Positions 1 through 11,648 of a DNA stretch of 45,357 nucleotides are shown here, one piece after another (the stretch's first letter is position 1; each line of letters opens with the position of its first letter). The translations under genes and the position numbers were made by a program. The notes below the pieces were generated by a model. That model was not told the DNA's origin and searched no databases. It saw only the letters and a list, made by a program, of their open reading frames with translations. Source of the stretch: Phoronis australis. Its lineage: Eukaryota > Animalia > Phoronida. The stretch lies in assembly GCA_002633005.1 (NCBI GenBank), contig NMRA01000038.1, positions 1,073,761 to 1,119,117 of the forward strand, given 5' to 3'.

Positions 1-251
1 GGGGGGGGGGGGGTTGGGGCACTGATCCCCGCCCGGAGACAAGGCTTTCAACATCAATGATGAGGCGAGCTGTGGAGTGACTTGTAGTAAATTAACAGTA
101 CTCGGCTCGGTTCCCGACTGGCTGAAATACCAAACAGATACTTGTTGCAGGAATCGCTTTAAATCGGTCTACTTCGAGTTCTCACTGAGGAGGACGAAGT
201 TGGTCATTTACATTAAGCTAACAGGGTTTGCAGCAGATGTGGACGGTTGCT

Positions 252-588
252 CTAGTCCGAAAGTGCACTAGTCTGAAAGTGCACTAGTCCGACGGTGTAC
301 TAGTCTGAAGATGCATTAGTCCGAAGGTGCACTAGTCCGCAAATAGATAAGATTTCGGACTCAGACTATCTTTTTGTCCATATGCAATAACTATACAAAC
401 ACTTCGGATGCTGGTCTTGGTGGCGCACGCCGCCAGGCCTTCCGAAAACCAACCGCTCGACGCCGGCCGGGGTACCAATTACACTTTCGGACTAATGCAC
501 CTTCAGACTATAGTGCACCTTCGGACTCAGTGCCACACTTTCGGAGTAGTGCACCTTAAGTCGGACTAGCGCACCTTCGGCCGGACTC
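252..588. mobile_element. Foldback/MITE-like element with inverted arrays of a ~16-bp unit (TAGTCCGAAGGTGCAC)
   Basis: About 6 tandem units on + at 252-341 and their reverse complements (GTGCACCTTCGGACTA) at ~481-588 flank a short GC-rich core. Confidence 0.7.
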
Positions 589-1218
589 GGGACCTATACG
601 GACTGAGTGAGCTCATGCTCAGTAGCGATGATGAAACCTATGGGCTTGAGCGATCATTTACGTAAAAAAAAGCTAGGGCCTAGGCGAACATGCAAATTGA
701 AGTGCCGTGAATGGCCAAGATTTAAATGGAATCCTCTGCGCTGTGTGCTTTTTATGTCACAATTCTTTAATGATGGGCACTGCGTTGGAAAGGTATCCTT
801 TCAGGGGAAACTTGAAATTTTAATTTTTAAAAAATTCCCCCGGCGCTAATCAAATTATGGGTTCAGCCGGCGTTGAGATTCTATAAAACAAAAAAATGCG
901 TTCCCATGCTGCATTAAACTGGGCAAGTCGGAATTTTCTGTCGGCTTTGCGTCAGTAGTAAACGCGTGTCACTGAGCTAGCATCAGGCCTGCACATGCCC
1001 TCCCGCACTGAGGCCCAAAATTGTAACCAGGCTATGTCATAGCTTTCATTCACACCCTGAGAAAGAGCTGAAGTCAACACCTCACGTGACTCTTGGACGT
1101 CAGTCCTTTCAGCGCAATTGGCCTTTTGGTAGGCAACAACCGACGGCGAAGCCGCAGCCATGGCACAATACTTGAAATGCTCGCCATTCTCTACTACAGA
1201 AGTTCGAAAGTACCAATT

Positions 1219-1253
1219 TTCCGGACACCGGAAGTCATCTGGCTTCCATTTTG
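1219..1253. promoter_or_regulatory. Housekeeping, possibly bidirectional, core promoter: two inverted ETS/GABP sites plus a YY1-like site
   Basis: TTCCGG (1219-1224), CCGGAAGT (1228-1235) and CCATTTTG (1246-1253) lie just upstream of the UQCR10 ATG. ETS/GABP and YY1 sites are typical of respiratory-chain gene promoters. Confidence 0.55.
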
Positions 1254-1261
1254 GCATCAAA

Positions 1262-1402
1262 ATGTCGCTTGTTCAGTCAATGTACCGACAAGTTTTTAAA
1301 AGGACATCGACTTTTGCGTTAGCATTAGTCGTTGGAACTATATTTTTCGAAAGAGTATTCGATAAAGGCTGTGATTCAATATTTGCCAGGTTAAATAGAG
1401 GC
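1262..1402 (+). CDS. UQCR10: Cytochrome b-c1 complex subunit 9, exon 1
   Basis: MSLVQSMYRQVFKRTSTFALALVVGTIFFERVFDKGCDSIFARLNRG has the QCR9 pattern (FxRTSTFAL...FFERxFD...NxG). Followed by donor GTAAGT at 1403, phase 0. Confidence 0.95.
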
Positions 1403-2437
1403 GTAAGTATTCAATATTTATGTGACATTTCTGTCGGACGATATGGCGATCTGAGTGAAAAAAACCGGTCCCCGCTGACGTTGTTGGAGTTATTCAGTGG
1501 ACGAATCTTGTTCTCTAAATCAGGGAAGGTTGTATTCAGACAGTGTCGATATCTTCTGGCTCTTGAGTCTTTACATAGAAGTCATTTCAAATAGATTGCC
1601 AGTGAAATATGTGGTGCTGTTATAGGGAAACAGATTTCGAACCCACACACAAGACAAAGATAGGCAATTCCAGTTACATCGACTTGGATGCCGCAGGCAT
1701 CCAAGGCGATGGTACATCCCCACAAAAAGTTACGAATTTCAAAACACAGGAAATAAAATCAAATGAAACATGCATATATGCACATGTAGTTACTATTATC
1801 ATATACCATAAGTCTGGATATGATTCAGTCAAGATAATTTGAACAAATCGTTGAAAATCTCGCGGTTTGCTTGAGTTTCTCTTACCGGGTGTCATTTTGA
1901 GGAAGTGACGTGAAGTAACGCATGTTGACGAATAAAAAGTCCAAGGGACACAAATCTTACAAATTTCACCTGATACCCGTTCCGTGCTATTTTGCAAGTG
2001 TCACGCGCCAGCGTCACGCGCTTCCCTCAGTCTCACGCTAACCTTTGCCTAACTCACGTGACTCAGTTGAAATACTTTGTGGTTATCGCGCATGTTGAAA
2101 AAGTTAACTGTGACCAAAAAAGTGGAGTTGGAATTCTTCGCCAAAGTCACCTTAATTCTCGTAGTTATGCTTCGTCAAAGATATGTGTAGAAGTAGAAAG
2201 GACCACTGAAGAAAGTAAGCGCTTTTTTAAGTGATAATTTTAAGTGTGGAATGTATTTTTGACTGGGTGAAAACTCTTAATCGGTGACCAGATTTGGCCT
2301 ACTGCCCGGTTAAAATACATGGGACGAAATTTATACCGAAAGTGATGGGAAGTATTGTAGCCCCTAACCAGCCAACGAAGGGGCTACGTGTTGCCTAATC
2401 ATAAGAGTGCCTGTGGGTTTGAAATCTGTTTCCCTAT

Positions 2438-2992
2438 GATAAGAGACTTATCACCAGCTGCTAGACAAATCCACTGTCTCTACTTAGCTGTTGATATGGT
2501 GATGCTCCCATAGGGCCTTCATACATCAGATGGTGATCTCCCATAGGGCCTTCATACATCAGATGCCTTTCGGCAAATTATGCCTCACACCTTGCTATTA
2601 GTATCTTTTATGCATAGAGGAACACCTTAGCCAAGGCAAGGAGGCTGTCAATGTCTTTAATTCCTTTCAACTCGAACAAATACTTCTATAATCAAACTTA
2701 TGATTTGACATCATATCTCCTGACGCGAAGTGTTAAAATGGCCAATTGCTGATTTGGGCAACTGATCGCATTACTGCTCGAAAAAAGTTTGATTACGGAA
2801 GAATTCGTTTGAGTTCGACGGCCTCCTAAGGTATCCCTCTCTGCGCAAAAAGTGCCTATAGCAATGTGTCTTTGATATTTAATCAGTGTGAAGCATAATT
2901 TGCCGAAAAGCTTCTGGCGTGTGAAGGCCCTATGGGAGCATCACTGTCTCAGTAGAAACAGTGGCACTGTCTAATCGGTAATAGTCTTATAT
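2438..2992. mobile_element. Non-autonomous DNA transposon with long imperfect TIRs in the UQCR10 intron
   Basis: Left arm GTGATGCTCCCATAGGGCCTTCA...GGCAAATTATGCCTCACAC is the reverse complement of right arm GTGTGAAGCATAATTTGCC...GAAGGCCCTATGGGAGCATCAC. The left arm has an internal ~32-bp tandem duplication. Confidence 0.7.
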
Positions 2993-4452
2993 AACGTGCC
3001 TGAATTTTGAGAACCAGTTTTCTCCACGTAATAACGGGCATCAAACTGGTTCCCTTTATATACTTAAGTAAGTTAAAGGTATGCAACTTCTATCCAATTA
3101 CCAATATGGTCAGGTGCTATGCTCTTCCAGAACAACTCAAAGCATGTCAATTTCAGAGTAATTTGCGTCACACATTTTGTCATGCTTTTAAATGCTGCTG
3201 TGATTTCATGATGGTGGCTCCTAATTACAATTGATTAGAAACCAGCTACTCATACTCATACCGAATAATGCCTGTTATTCTGAACTTTTGTGTTGTTGAA
3301 TTGGAGAGTCTTGAGTTGAATTACTTTTTTAATATTTCAATTTGTCCTTGCTCTAAAACATGACTTTGAATACAAAAATGGGTTGATAGTTTTGTCTGCC
3401 ATATTTAATTTGGTTGAGTAAAAAAATGATTCATGTGCATTTCCTGTGTATTATTTGGACGGGAGAATAGGTGAGTGTGGTCAGGAGTTCAAACCAAAAG
3501 GTTGCAATTATGCCATTCCTATGGTATTCAGGATTGTCTCAAACTCATTTTTCTTTCTCAGAACCACCTGTGCCCATTTTATGATGCTGACGTTGGTAAA
3601 AATTCGGTACTCAGCAAGGTTGGCCACATTTTTACGAGGTCTGCCCCAGGATCAGTATTTATACTCTACTGTTAATTAACCCTTGACACATAGACAATTT
3701 GTTACAAGTCTTAAATTATTTCAGTTAAAGTCTTAATATCATTACAATCGCAGGTGTATTACCATCACCTGGCATGAGTTGACCAGTAAAGCAGAGTTCC
3801 ATGGGATAAATGCTAATTTCATGAATAATCTGAAAGTTTCTGTGTCAACTAACCCTACAGCTTTCACATACTGTTGGCATCAATACATTATGAAAGAAGT
3901 GCTCTTTTTGCAGTGTCATTGTTCACCAGAGGCAAACGTGCCTGTGTCTTGTGGGAGGGTAATATTTTGGGGTGAGGGGAGAAAATTCTACCACCTGATC
4001 TTCACCAATAACATCCCCACACTGTTGCAAGCCCTCATAGGCTCTGCCTCAAGTAGCCATAACTGACATTTTGGGCTCATTCAAGTTGTCACTTTTGTGA
4101 GTCATAAGTGATTCGAACAGCAAAGGGAATGTTACAGTCTCTTATGGGCAATTTTGAGCATTATGAGGGTTTTTCGATATTTTTTGGAAGGGAATGGGTC
4201 CAATATTTGGCCCCAAAATTGAGGGATTGAGGTCCCTGTTTTGCCATTTACACCATAGAGCACAATAAAATAACCATGTTTCTTACTCTACCTAGATGTC
4301 CAAAACACCAGTGCACACCTGCTAAGCATGTCCATCTTGAAAGAGTGGACTCAAGTATAAGCTATCACCATTGTGTGAGCATTTAGAGTATGAATTCTTG
4401 CAGGTAAAATCAATCGCCAAGTCTGTTGTATAAAAACTGTTTTTCATTACAG

Positions 4453-4524
4453 AAACTATACATGGATATCAAGGACAACTATGCAAAACCTGAAGCGGCT
4501 GGCGACGATGACGATGACGACTAA
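4453..4524 (+). CDS. UQCR10: Cytochrome b-c1 complex subunit 9, exon 2 (KLYMDIKDNYAKPEAAGDDDDDD*)
   Basis: Acceptor ttttcattacAG at 4451-4452. Continues the G-KL(W/Y)xxIK motif in phase 0 to TAA at 4522-4524, giving 70 aa in total. Confidence 0.92.
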   Translation, partial: KLYMDIKDNYAKPEAAGDDDDDD

Positions 4525-4737
4525 CTATTGTGGAGTCTAGAGTACATGGATTAGTTGTGGATATTATTTAACTGGAACATAGTGTGCTGTGGTGTATGTG
4601 AACCAGTGAAACAATAGTTACTGAGAGTGGAAATGATTAAGACTGCTGACCATCGTGGAAGAATAGGAGTTCTACTGACTGAAACTAGAACGTGTGCACT
4701 ATGTGAAGACAGACAGATGAATGTTGAGTCAATGAGG

Positions 4738-4743
4738 AATAAA
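4738..4743 (+). terminator. Candidate poly(A) signal of UQCR10 (second AATAAA at 4930-4935)
   Basis: AATAAA about 215 nt after the stop codon. Confidence 0.5.
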
Positions 4744-5364
4744 GAAGACTATATATAATTCCTCACGAAGATTTGCCAAAGTTACATCAAGGGACTGTAT
4801 ACTGACTTTAACATTGCAAACGTTCCGGACGAATGGATTTTTTCTTTCATTATCTCCAACTTCAACTCCTTAAAGACACTAGAATTAATTTTTCTTAGTG
4901 GAATTAATTAAAATTAAATGATAGTGTTTAATAAAAGTCCTCATGACCACATTTTTTCAGTTTGAATTCATTCAGGGTCAGATTTTTATGCATTATACCA
5001 TTTCCGTCTACCCTGGGTCCACTACTGTATCTCTGAAACCCCTTCAGAGTTGTGCGTGAAATTTTGTTGACATTTTTCTGTGTGTGGGACGGCATGAGCA
5101 ATGGTCCAGGCACTGCTGTAGCCCCCGAGTGTCAATTTTACATTTGCCCTGTATCTTCAAAATTCCTTGAAGGATGTTCATAAAATTTGGCAAATACTAA
5201 TAGGTAATTTGTTTGAGACAACGGCACCTTCCTGTTCTTGTGTCGATTCGATGTATTCTGTGCTTCTGCCTCTATTCGACAAACCACCCAAAGAATTGTA
5301 AAACTGGCAGATGTGTTGTTATTGAGAAGAGCAAGATTGGTGATAATTTTCGAATGACTTTGAC

Positions 5365-7260
5365 TACTTTAGCGCCCCTTAGTGGCAGTTTTTATGCTTC
5401 CACTTTTTATGCTCCCACATATTTATATCTGGTCGCATACTGCCGTCATCTCTGTCCATCCGGGCGTCCAGTGTCCAGCATCCGCAGCTGTATCTCCTAA
5501 ACCCCTCAAGGATCTTGATGAGATATGGCATATGTGTGCCCATGAAAAAGACCACGAATTTCGGACTTCTCCGACTAACGGTGTATCCCTAGTGGCAATT
5601 TTAGTTTTGTACGCTTACCTCTGTATCTCTGGAGGTCCTAAACGGATTTAGAATTTGGCATGTAGGCATCTATTAGTGAGATGACACTATCCTCTCGTTT
5701 TAGGATGGATTCGGCGTAGTTTGAGCCATCTAGTGGCCATTTTTATGCGCCCACATATTTATATGTGCACGCATTATGCCATCATCTGCGTTTGTCCAGC
5801 GTCCGCTGCTCTATCTCCAAAACCCTTTGATGTTTGTTCATGAAAGTTAGCACATATATTTCTTTCATGGATGGGATGGCATGAGCGAACTTTCGGATGG
5901 TTCGGACAACCAGTATGCCCCCAAGTGGTAATTTTAGTTTTTTACGTTTTCCTTTGTATCTTCAAAAGTACTAGTGACAGTTTTTTTTTTGCGCCTATGG
6001 CTGTATCTCCTAAACTGTTGGCATCATCTTTACTAAATTTAGCTAGCGTATTTATATGACATTGATAACGGATGAACAACGACTTTCAGAGGGATCTGAC
6101 TACCAGTGTGCCCTTAGTGGCAATTGTAGTTTTTATGCGTTTACCTCTGTATCTTCAAAGGCCCTCAACATATTTTCATAAAATTTGGCATATAGGCATC
6201 TATTAGTGAGATGACCTATCCTCCCACTTTCGGATGGATTCGGCGGAGTTTGCGACACCTAGTGGCCATTTTTACGAGTCTGTTTTTTGGCGTCCACCCC
6301 TCTATAAACCAATTTGCTCTAAGGATGATTGGAAAATTGGCATGTATGTCCTTACTGTGAAGGGGACGGCTGACGATGATTTTCCGACGACTTCGAGTAC
6401 TCTGGCGCCTCCTAGTGGCATATTTTGCGCACATGGCTGTATATCCTAAACCGTTTGCAGGATTTTTGCTAAATTTAGCAAGTATATTTGATGTTGATTT
6501 TCAGAAAATTTGGAATATGAGTCTCTGTTGGTGAGATGATACTATCCTCCCATTTTCGGTTGGAGTCTAGGTACTTTGCGCCACCTAGTGGCCATTTTTG
6601 CTGTTTTCGAGTCCACCCCTTAATCAACCAAACCATTCTAAGGATGATTTTGAAAATTGGTGAAAATGTTCTCTGTGTGTAGATGACGGTTGACGATGAC
6701 GACTTCGACTACTGTGGCGCCTCATAGTGTTAGTTTTGCGCCCATAGCTGAATCTCCTAAATCCATTGCAGGATCTTTATTTAATGTAGTAAGTGTATTT
6801 ATAAGAAGCTAATGACAGATAACAACTTTCATGCGGATCCGATGAATGCTTTGCCCCCATGTGGCAATTTCATTTTTCCCGTTTTTCTTTGTTTCTGTGA
6901 AGTTCCTTGACAGATTTTCATGAGATTTGGTAAATAGCTTTCTATTAAAGATGTAATGGAATGTTCCAGTTTTCGGATAGATTCAATGTTTTTGCTCCAT
7001 CTATTGGCCATTTTTATAATACAAATAAACAACCCTAGAAGCACACCGTTTGCGGTGCATTTGTGGGCGCTTTTTTGTTATATGTGGGCGCATTACTGGT
7101 ATGCTGTCATCCCCATCCATCCGGTGTTAGCTGCTTTATAAATGGTTGTTATTGACTTTTTGCAGACGTGTTCCTATTAGGGATGGTCAGCATGAACGAA
7201 TGTTCGGATGGATATGGCTACCACTGCGCTCCCTAGTAGCACTTTAATTTACTTAGTTAA
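5365..7260 (+). mobile_element. Interspersed element with degenerate internal subrepeats (Helentron/HINE-like architecture), carrying about 12 CTCF-like motifs
   Basis: Heads TTTTATGCxCCCACATATTTATAT at ~5404 and ~5740, gtcc-type microsatellite remnants, and recurrent TATCTCCTAAAC, AAATTTGGCA and CCYAGTGGC blocks. A related copy lies inverted at 40140-41222. Confidence 0.65.
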
Positions 7261-7951
7261 AAGGGCCTCATTACTCGACATGTCCAAGGAATTGACCTAT
7301 GTGTTTCATTACACAACTACTGATGGCTCTAATTTCCTAATTTTTACATATTTTTATTGGGTTAGCACTTTATTAACTACTTTGATGTACTGACATCATC
7401 TGCTGTCTTTGTAGTCAGGGTTTATGGTTTCTAATAAGTGATTTGCCAGATCACGAATAACGACATCAAGTCGAGGCATCATAGATACTCATAAAGATAG
7501 TCTATGATGGCAGGAATGGCCAGCTTGGTTAATATCACCGTGTATTTGAAAATGACTGCATTTAGGCAATAACAGTACAGCAGTATCATCAGTCGTGTAA
7601 TAATTATCTGTAATGGGTTAAGTTCTGCATTGGCAAAACCATTTACAAGTATCATAAACCTCTTGATACATGCACAGATCAGCGATAATCTAGTTCAGTT
7701 ACGGATATTGTAATCCGTATTTAATAATGTCATTCCATATATCATATTCCATGCTTGAGTTACCTCTAAAACTAGAAAAGTGTTGACTTACACAACAGGC
7801 ATTTTTGAATGTCAAACCACTTTCCTACTACCACAGAGCTCTTTTCACAGTTTGTGAGCAATGAATGTAAACAGGAGGGAACACTGGTAGACACAGTTAG
7901 TAGGAACCTTAGTTTTGGATTCAGAAATAGTCCCTCACTTGCATAAGGAAA

Positions 7952-8111
7952 TACCGTACTCGTGCGGGTTACCGCCCAGGGCACTTAAATTGGGAATTTA
8001 GAAAAATGGGGTGGGCGGTAAGCCAAGCATGGGTGCTTAATAATGAAAAATTGAAAATTTCAGGGTTGAGGGGTAAGCCAAGCATGGGCGGTAACGCGGA
8101 TGAGTACGGTG
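7952..8111. mobile_element. Tc1/mariner/pogo-type MITE (~160 bp)
   Basis: TIRs TACCGTACTCGTGCGGGTTACCGCCCA and TGGGCGGTAACGCGGATGAGTACGGT. Confidence 0.7.
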
Positions 8112-9903
8112 TGTCCCTATAGGTGTGCATCATACAAGAGACAGATGGGCATGAAGATAATCCAAGACATTACTCTTCACAGAGTCCATAAGTATTTTTA
8201 CAGTGCACTTATAGTTTGTCATTAATTGAAATTTTGCTGCAGTTCCAAATAATAAAAATAACAGGCTTTTATACAAAAAATTGGCTATTTGACATCAGGA
8301 TTTTCGTAGGGCGCACCCCATGAGTCAATAAAAACATTTTGTACTGAATAGCAAACTAATACAGGAAGGGGTTGACGAAATAATACAACTAAGTTTCTCT
8401 GAAGTCCACGAGGACTCTTCAGAAGAAAATAAAATTGGCCGGGAGTTGCAAGATCATCAAGAAAATTCTGCCAATGACTTTAGTTAGCGAGAAGAAATTA
8501 ATGAGGCAAGTCTGAGTGGATATACGGGTGGAGTATAAATTTATTTCATAAAGTGAAATTTCCTTGAATCAGCATGATGAGTGAATTAGCTAAAGTGGTG
8601 AATCAAAAATCCACAATTTCTGTAGTAACAGATTTATGGTTGAACCTGTCAAAGTCATAAGTGCGGCCAAGACGTGTGTGTACGGGGCAAGAAATGCTGA
8701 GCTGTGCTATGCTGGTAGACACTTAGACAAATCGGACAATGTGATTGGGAACCTTTAAAAATTACCCTAACGTTAAGGCAGAAATTTTTGTGCTTGATAC
8801 TTCAGTTTGCAACTGTAGTCCATAAGAATTCCTTTGTTCTAGAAGTAGCAGAAGAAAAGACATTTCAGATCATTTTTATTTACTACACGGTTGGGCCAGT
8901 TCACATAAATACCATTCACACCTGCACAGCAATGCAAACACATGAACATAACTGGTATGTTAATAATATGTTAATGACATAATAAAAGAATATAATCTAG
9001 TCACAAACTAGTAACAATCTGCAGTAATCACACTCAAGTACAGTGTTCCAAAAAGACATACCACCTTGCAACTGCACAGGCTCCTGCAACTATATCCAAA
9101 ATGTTTTCCAACATTTTTGCTAACACATAGAACGAATGTGCTTAAATAAATAAGTTTCATGTAAGTAGTTGTAGGTGTCTGTCCTTTGTGTATGCAAAGG
9201 GGGTGTTTTTGTCCACACGTTTCATTCAATAGCACCAAATCAAATACTTGTCTACATCTACCATTGTATACCACTCTTCACTCATACAATACTTAAAAAG
9301 TTTCCTTCTCCATTTCACTCAAGTGTCACATTTTGGCAGAAGCATCCAGTTCCAAACAATGGCGCAGCTTCGCATGTAGGCGTAGAGTAGTTTGACGTCT
9401 TTTTAACTCTTTCCTAAACTTGGCTTANAAAATAAAAACGCATTAACAATGTCACTCTTTGGACGAAAAGTATGACACAAACCAAGAAGACTGCAATATT
9501 AGTTACTTCATCTGCTCTATTACCAAACTAAAGAAAGTTCCAGGTGGTGTTTAGTAAAACTTCCTTAAATGGACTGAGAACTTATCCAAGTGATGCAATA
9601 TCTGACTGATCTGAAGGCCCAAATGCATATCCGACTGAGGCAAGTTTTTACTGTTCTTCAACCACAACAAGCAACATTGCATATAGTGCCGGTTAATCAG
9701 TTTTAAAGCTCTCAAAGCAAAAGCGAGCTAGTCATATACAGTCACACAACCATAGCAATCAAGAGCGCTACCAAACACCTCAGCAGCGCCACCTGAAGTT
9801 TTAAAACTAAAGGTACCTCTGCCTTGACCAGCAGGTATCCCAAGGTAAATTGCCACATGTAAGGCACAAGAAAATATTAAAGAAAACCACGATTTTAAGT
9901 CGA

Positions 9904-9948
9904 CTTGACATGTTTCGGTGTCATTTATTCAAACACCATCATCAGAAG
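9904..9948 (-). ncRNA. Minimal type I hammerhead ribozyme (PLE-associated)
   Basis: The minus strand reads CUU-CUGAUGA-U-GGUGU[loop]ACACC-GAAA-CAUG-UC-AAG: conserved core, 5-bp stem II, palindromic short stem III and a GUC cleavage triplet. Confidence 0.8.
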
Positions 9949-10030
9949 AGACAATGCAGGGGCCACCTAGCTAGGCCCAGCAACAAGTAATGAAGCACAG
10001 ATACAGTCAGTTACAGGGAGTGACAATGAA

Positions 10031-10361
10031 CTAGACTAACAACAGCCTGTGGTGTGCCAGTTGCCTATTGAGATTGGGCTTGCAGGAACTGATGTGTAAA
10101 GCCTCACGAATTTCAAGTTCCTTTGTTGTTACTGCCTGGTCTATTATTGCAAAGTCATTGAAAGAGCACTGCTGATAACAATGATTGGAGGTCTGTAGGT
10201 GAATATTTACATGTGAGCTTCTGTCAGAGTTTAGATGTTCCTTGGTCCTGGTTTTCAAATGGCGAACAGTTTCGCCTATGTAACTGGAGCCACATCCAGC
10301 ACAGATAAATTTGTACACTACCCTGGACCGTAGACCCATAGGAATTTTGTCCTTAGGCTTA
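10031..10361 (-). pseudogene. GIY-YIG endonuclease domain fragment of a Penelope-like element
   Basis: VVY...YIGET..L..R..EH motif with the Cys/His spacing of PLE endonucleases. No RT part is present; the ORF start at 10399 lies in the inverted arm. Confidence 0.85.
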
Positions 10362-10440
10362 ATTGTCACTCCCTGTAACTGACTGTATCTGTGCTTCATT
10401 ACTTGTTGCTGGGCCTAGCTAGGTGGCCACTGCATTCTCT

Positions 10441-10485
10441 CTTCTGATGATGGTGTTTGAATAAATGACACCGAAACATGTCAAG
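10441..10485 (+). ncRNA. Minimal type I hammerhead ribozyme (PLE-associated), inverted copy
   Basis: CTGATGA at 10444-10450, stem II GGTGT/ACACC, GAAA at 10473-10476 and GTC at 10480-10482. The core is identical to the minus-strand copy. Confidence 0.8.
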
Positions 10486-11501
10486 TCGACTTAAAACCAT
10501 TGTTGTTTTCTTTAATATATGCTGCTACTTGCTATCATGGAGATCAAAAGAAAATAGTATAAAAGGTTCTGGTCTGTTTCTTTTTGAAAATTGATGCAGG
10601 AATGCTGATTTCTAAAGTTATGTAAGACACTAGAAAAGTGTCCAAATTTGGCCAACTTGGAAATATCATAACTAAAAAGCAGGCGATAGGATTCACATGA
10701 AACTTCCACGTGCTTTATGGACTGCTCTATGGACTGCTCTATGGACTGCTTGAGGGCAGGAATTGTATGATTTTGACGAAAAAATCTAATTGCATAAAAC
10801 AAAAGTGAAATCATAATTTTGAAAATTGTGATTTGCTCTTGAGCATTTATATTAAACAAAATTTGGTGACGTTATCAACACCCTAGTTTTGCTATCTATG
10901 TACCTTTCTTTGTAAATAAATTTTCCCAACAAAAAAGACGTGGTCACCTGACACAATTAGCTATAGATTGATAAAAAGTCAAAAATCAAATTCTAAAGGC
11001 TTTTTACCTTCAAAAAAATATATACCTTATACTTTTACTAAGTAGGCAAAACTTGTTGGTAAGGTTCAACATAACCTAAAGTTAGTCCATGAGACTATGT
11101 GTATTACTGGAATATTACAGATTCCCCCTGACATTAGGGAATCCCGGTACGGTGTTTATCGTTTTATTCTACAATGACAGAGGATGCATACCAAGGTGAA
11201 TCAAGTCTGTAAGATATGGACGAAATGACTGTACACTTACCAAATCAAGGTACGGCTTTTTGGTTCCAAAAGTGATCTTTACTCAATATTTTTCTTAGTT
11301 CATACTTTCAAAAGATAAAGTCAGCTAATGCCAGCTGTAATGGGTCGAGATTGATCATTTTTTAAAGAGGTGCAAGTTCAAAAACAAGATGGGTGCAGAC
11401 CATAACCAATCATGCTCTTTTGGCCAAACCCGACAACTTTTAACTCGATGATTGTAAACTGTGCAATGACTATACAAAATGGCTGCAGTCAACCAACATG
11501 G

Positions 11502-11648
11502 CTACAGTCCAGGCTGTATTGAAGCAGACAATGAGGAGAACAGGCTGGTCTTGTCCCTCTGAAGAGCAGACGGCGTGTCGTACTCAACTAGGCGGCCATC
11601 TTGAATGACCATCAAATAATCGCAGTTCATGATGGTGGAAAGGCGATG
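11502..11648 (-). CDS. ABCC9: ABCC terminal coding exon (HRLSTIMNCD...VEYDTP...QPGL*)
   Basis: AHRL H-loop spans the junction; TAG at 11502-11504; candidate AATAAA on the minus strand at 11163-11168. Confidence 0.93.
   Translation of the reverse strand, partial: HRLSTIMNCDYLMVIQDGRLVEYDTPSALQRDKTSLFSSLSASIQPGL

Larger units (their letters stand above)
9874..10518 (-). mobile_element. 5'-truncated Penelope-like retroelement: GIY-YIG endonuclease end with inverted pseudo-LTR copies
   Basis: The minus ORF gives SRVVYKFICAGCGSSYIGETVRHLKTRTKEH...LEIREALHI...KPNLNRQ, a PLE GIY-YIG. Arms 9874-10027 and 10362-10518 are near-perfect inverted repeats. Confidence 0.9.

Noticed and set aside
50-190. 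C/D snoRNA candidate (ATGATGA at 57-63, CTGA at 122 and 186)
   Set aside because: No convincing terminal stem or recognisable guide sequence.
1160-1594. 144-aa ORF as a single-exon gene
   Set aside because: It is UQCR10 exon 1 read through the donor at 1403; homology starts at the ATG at 1262.
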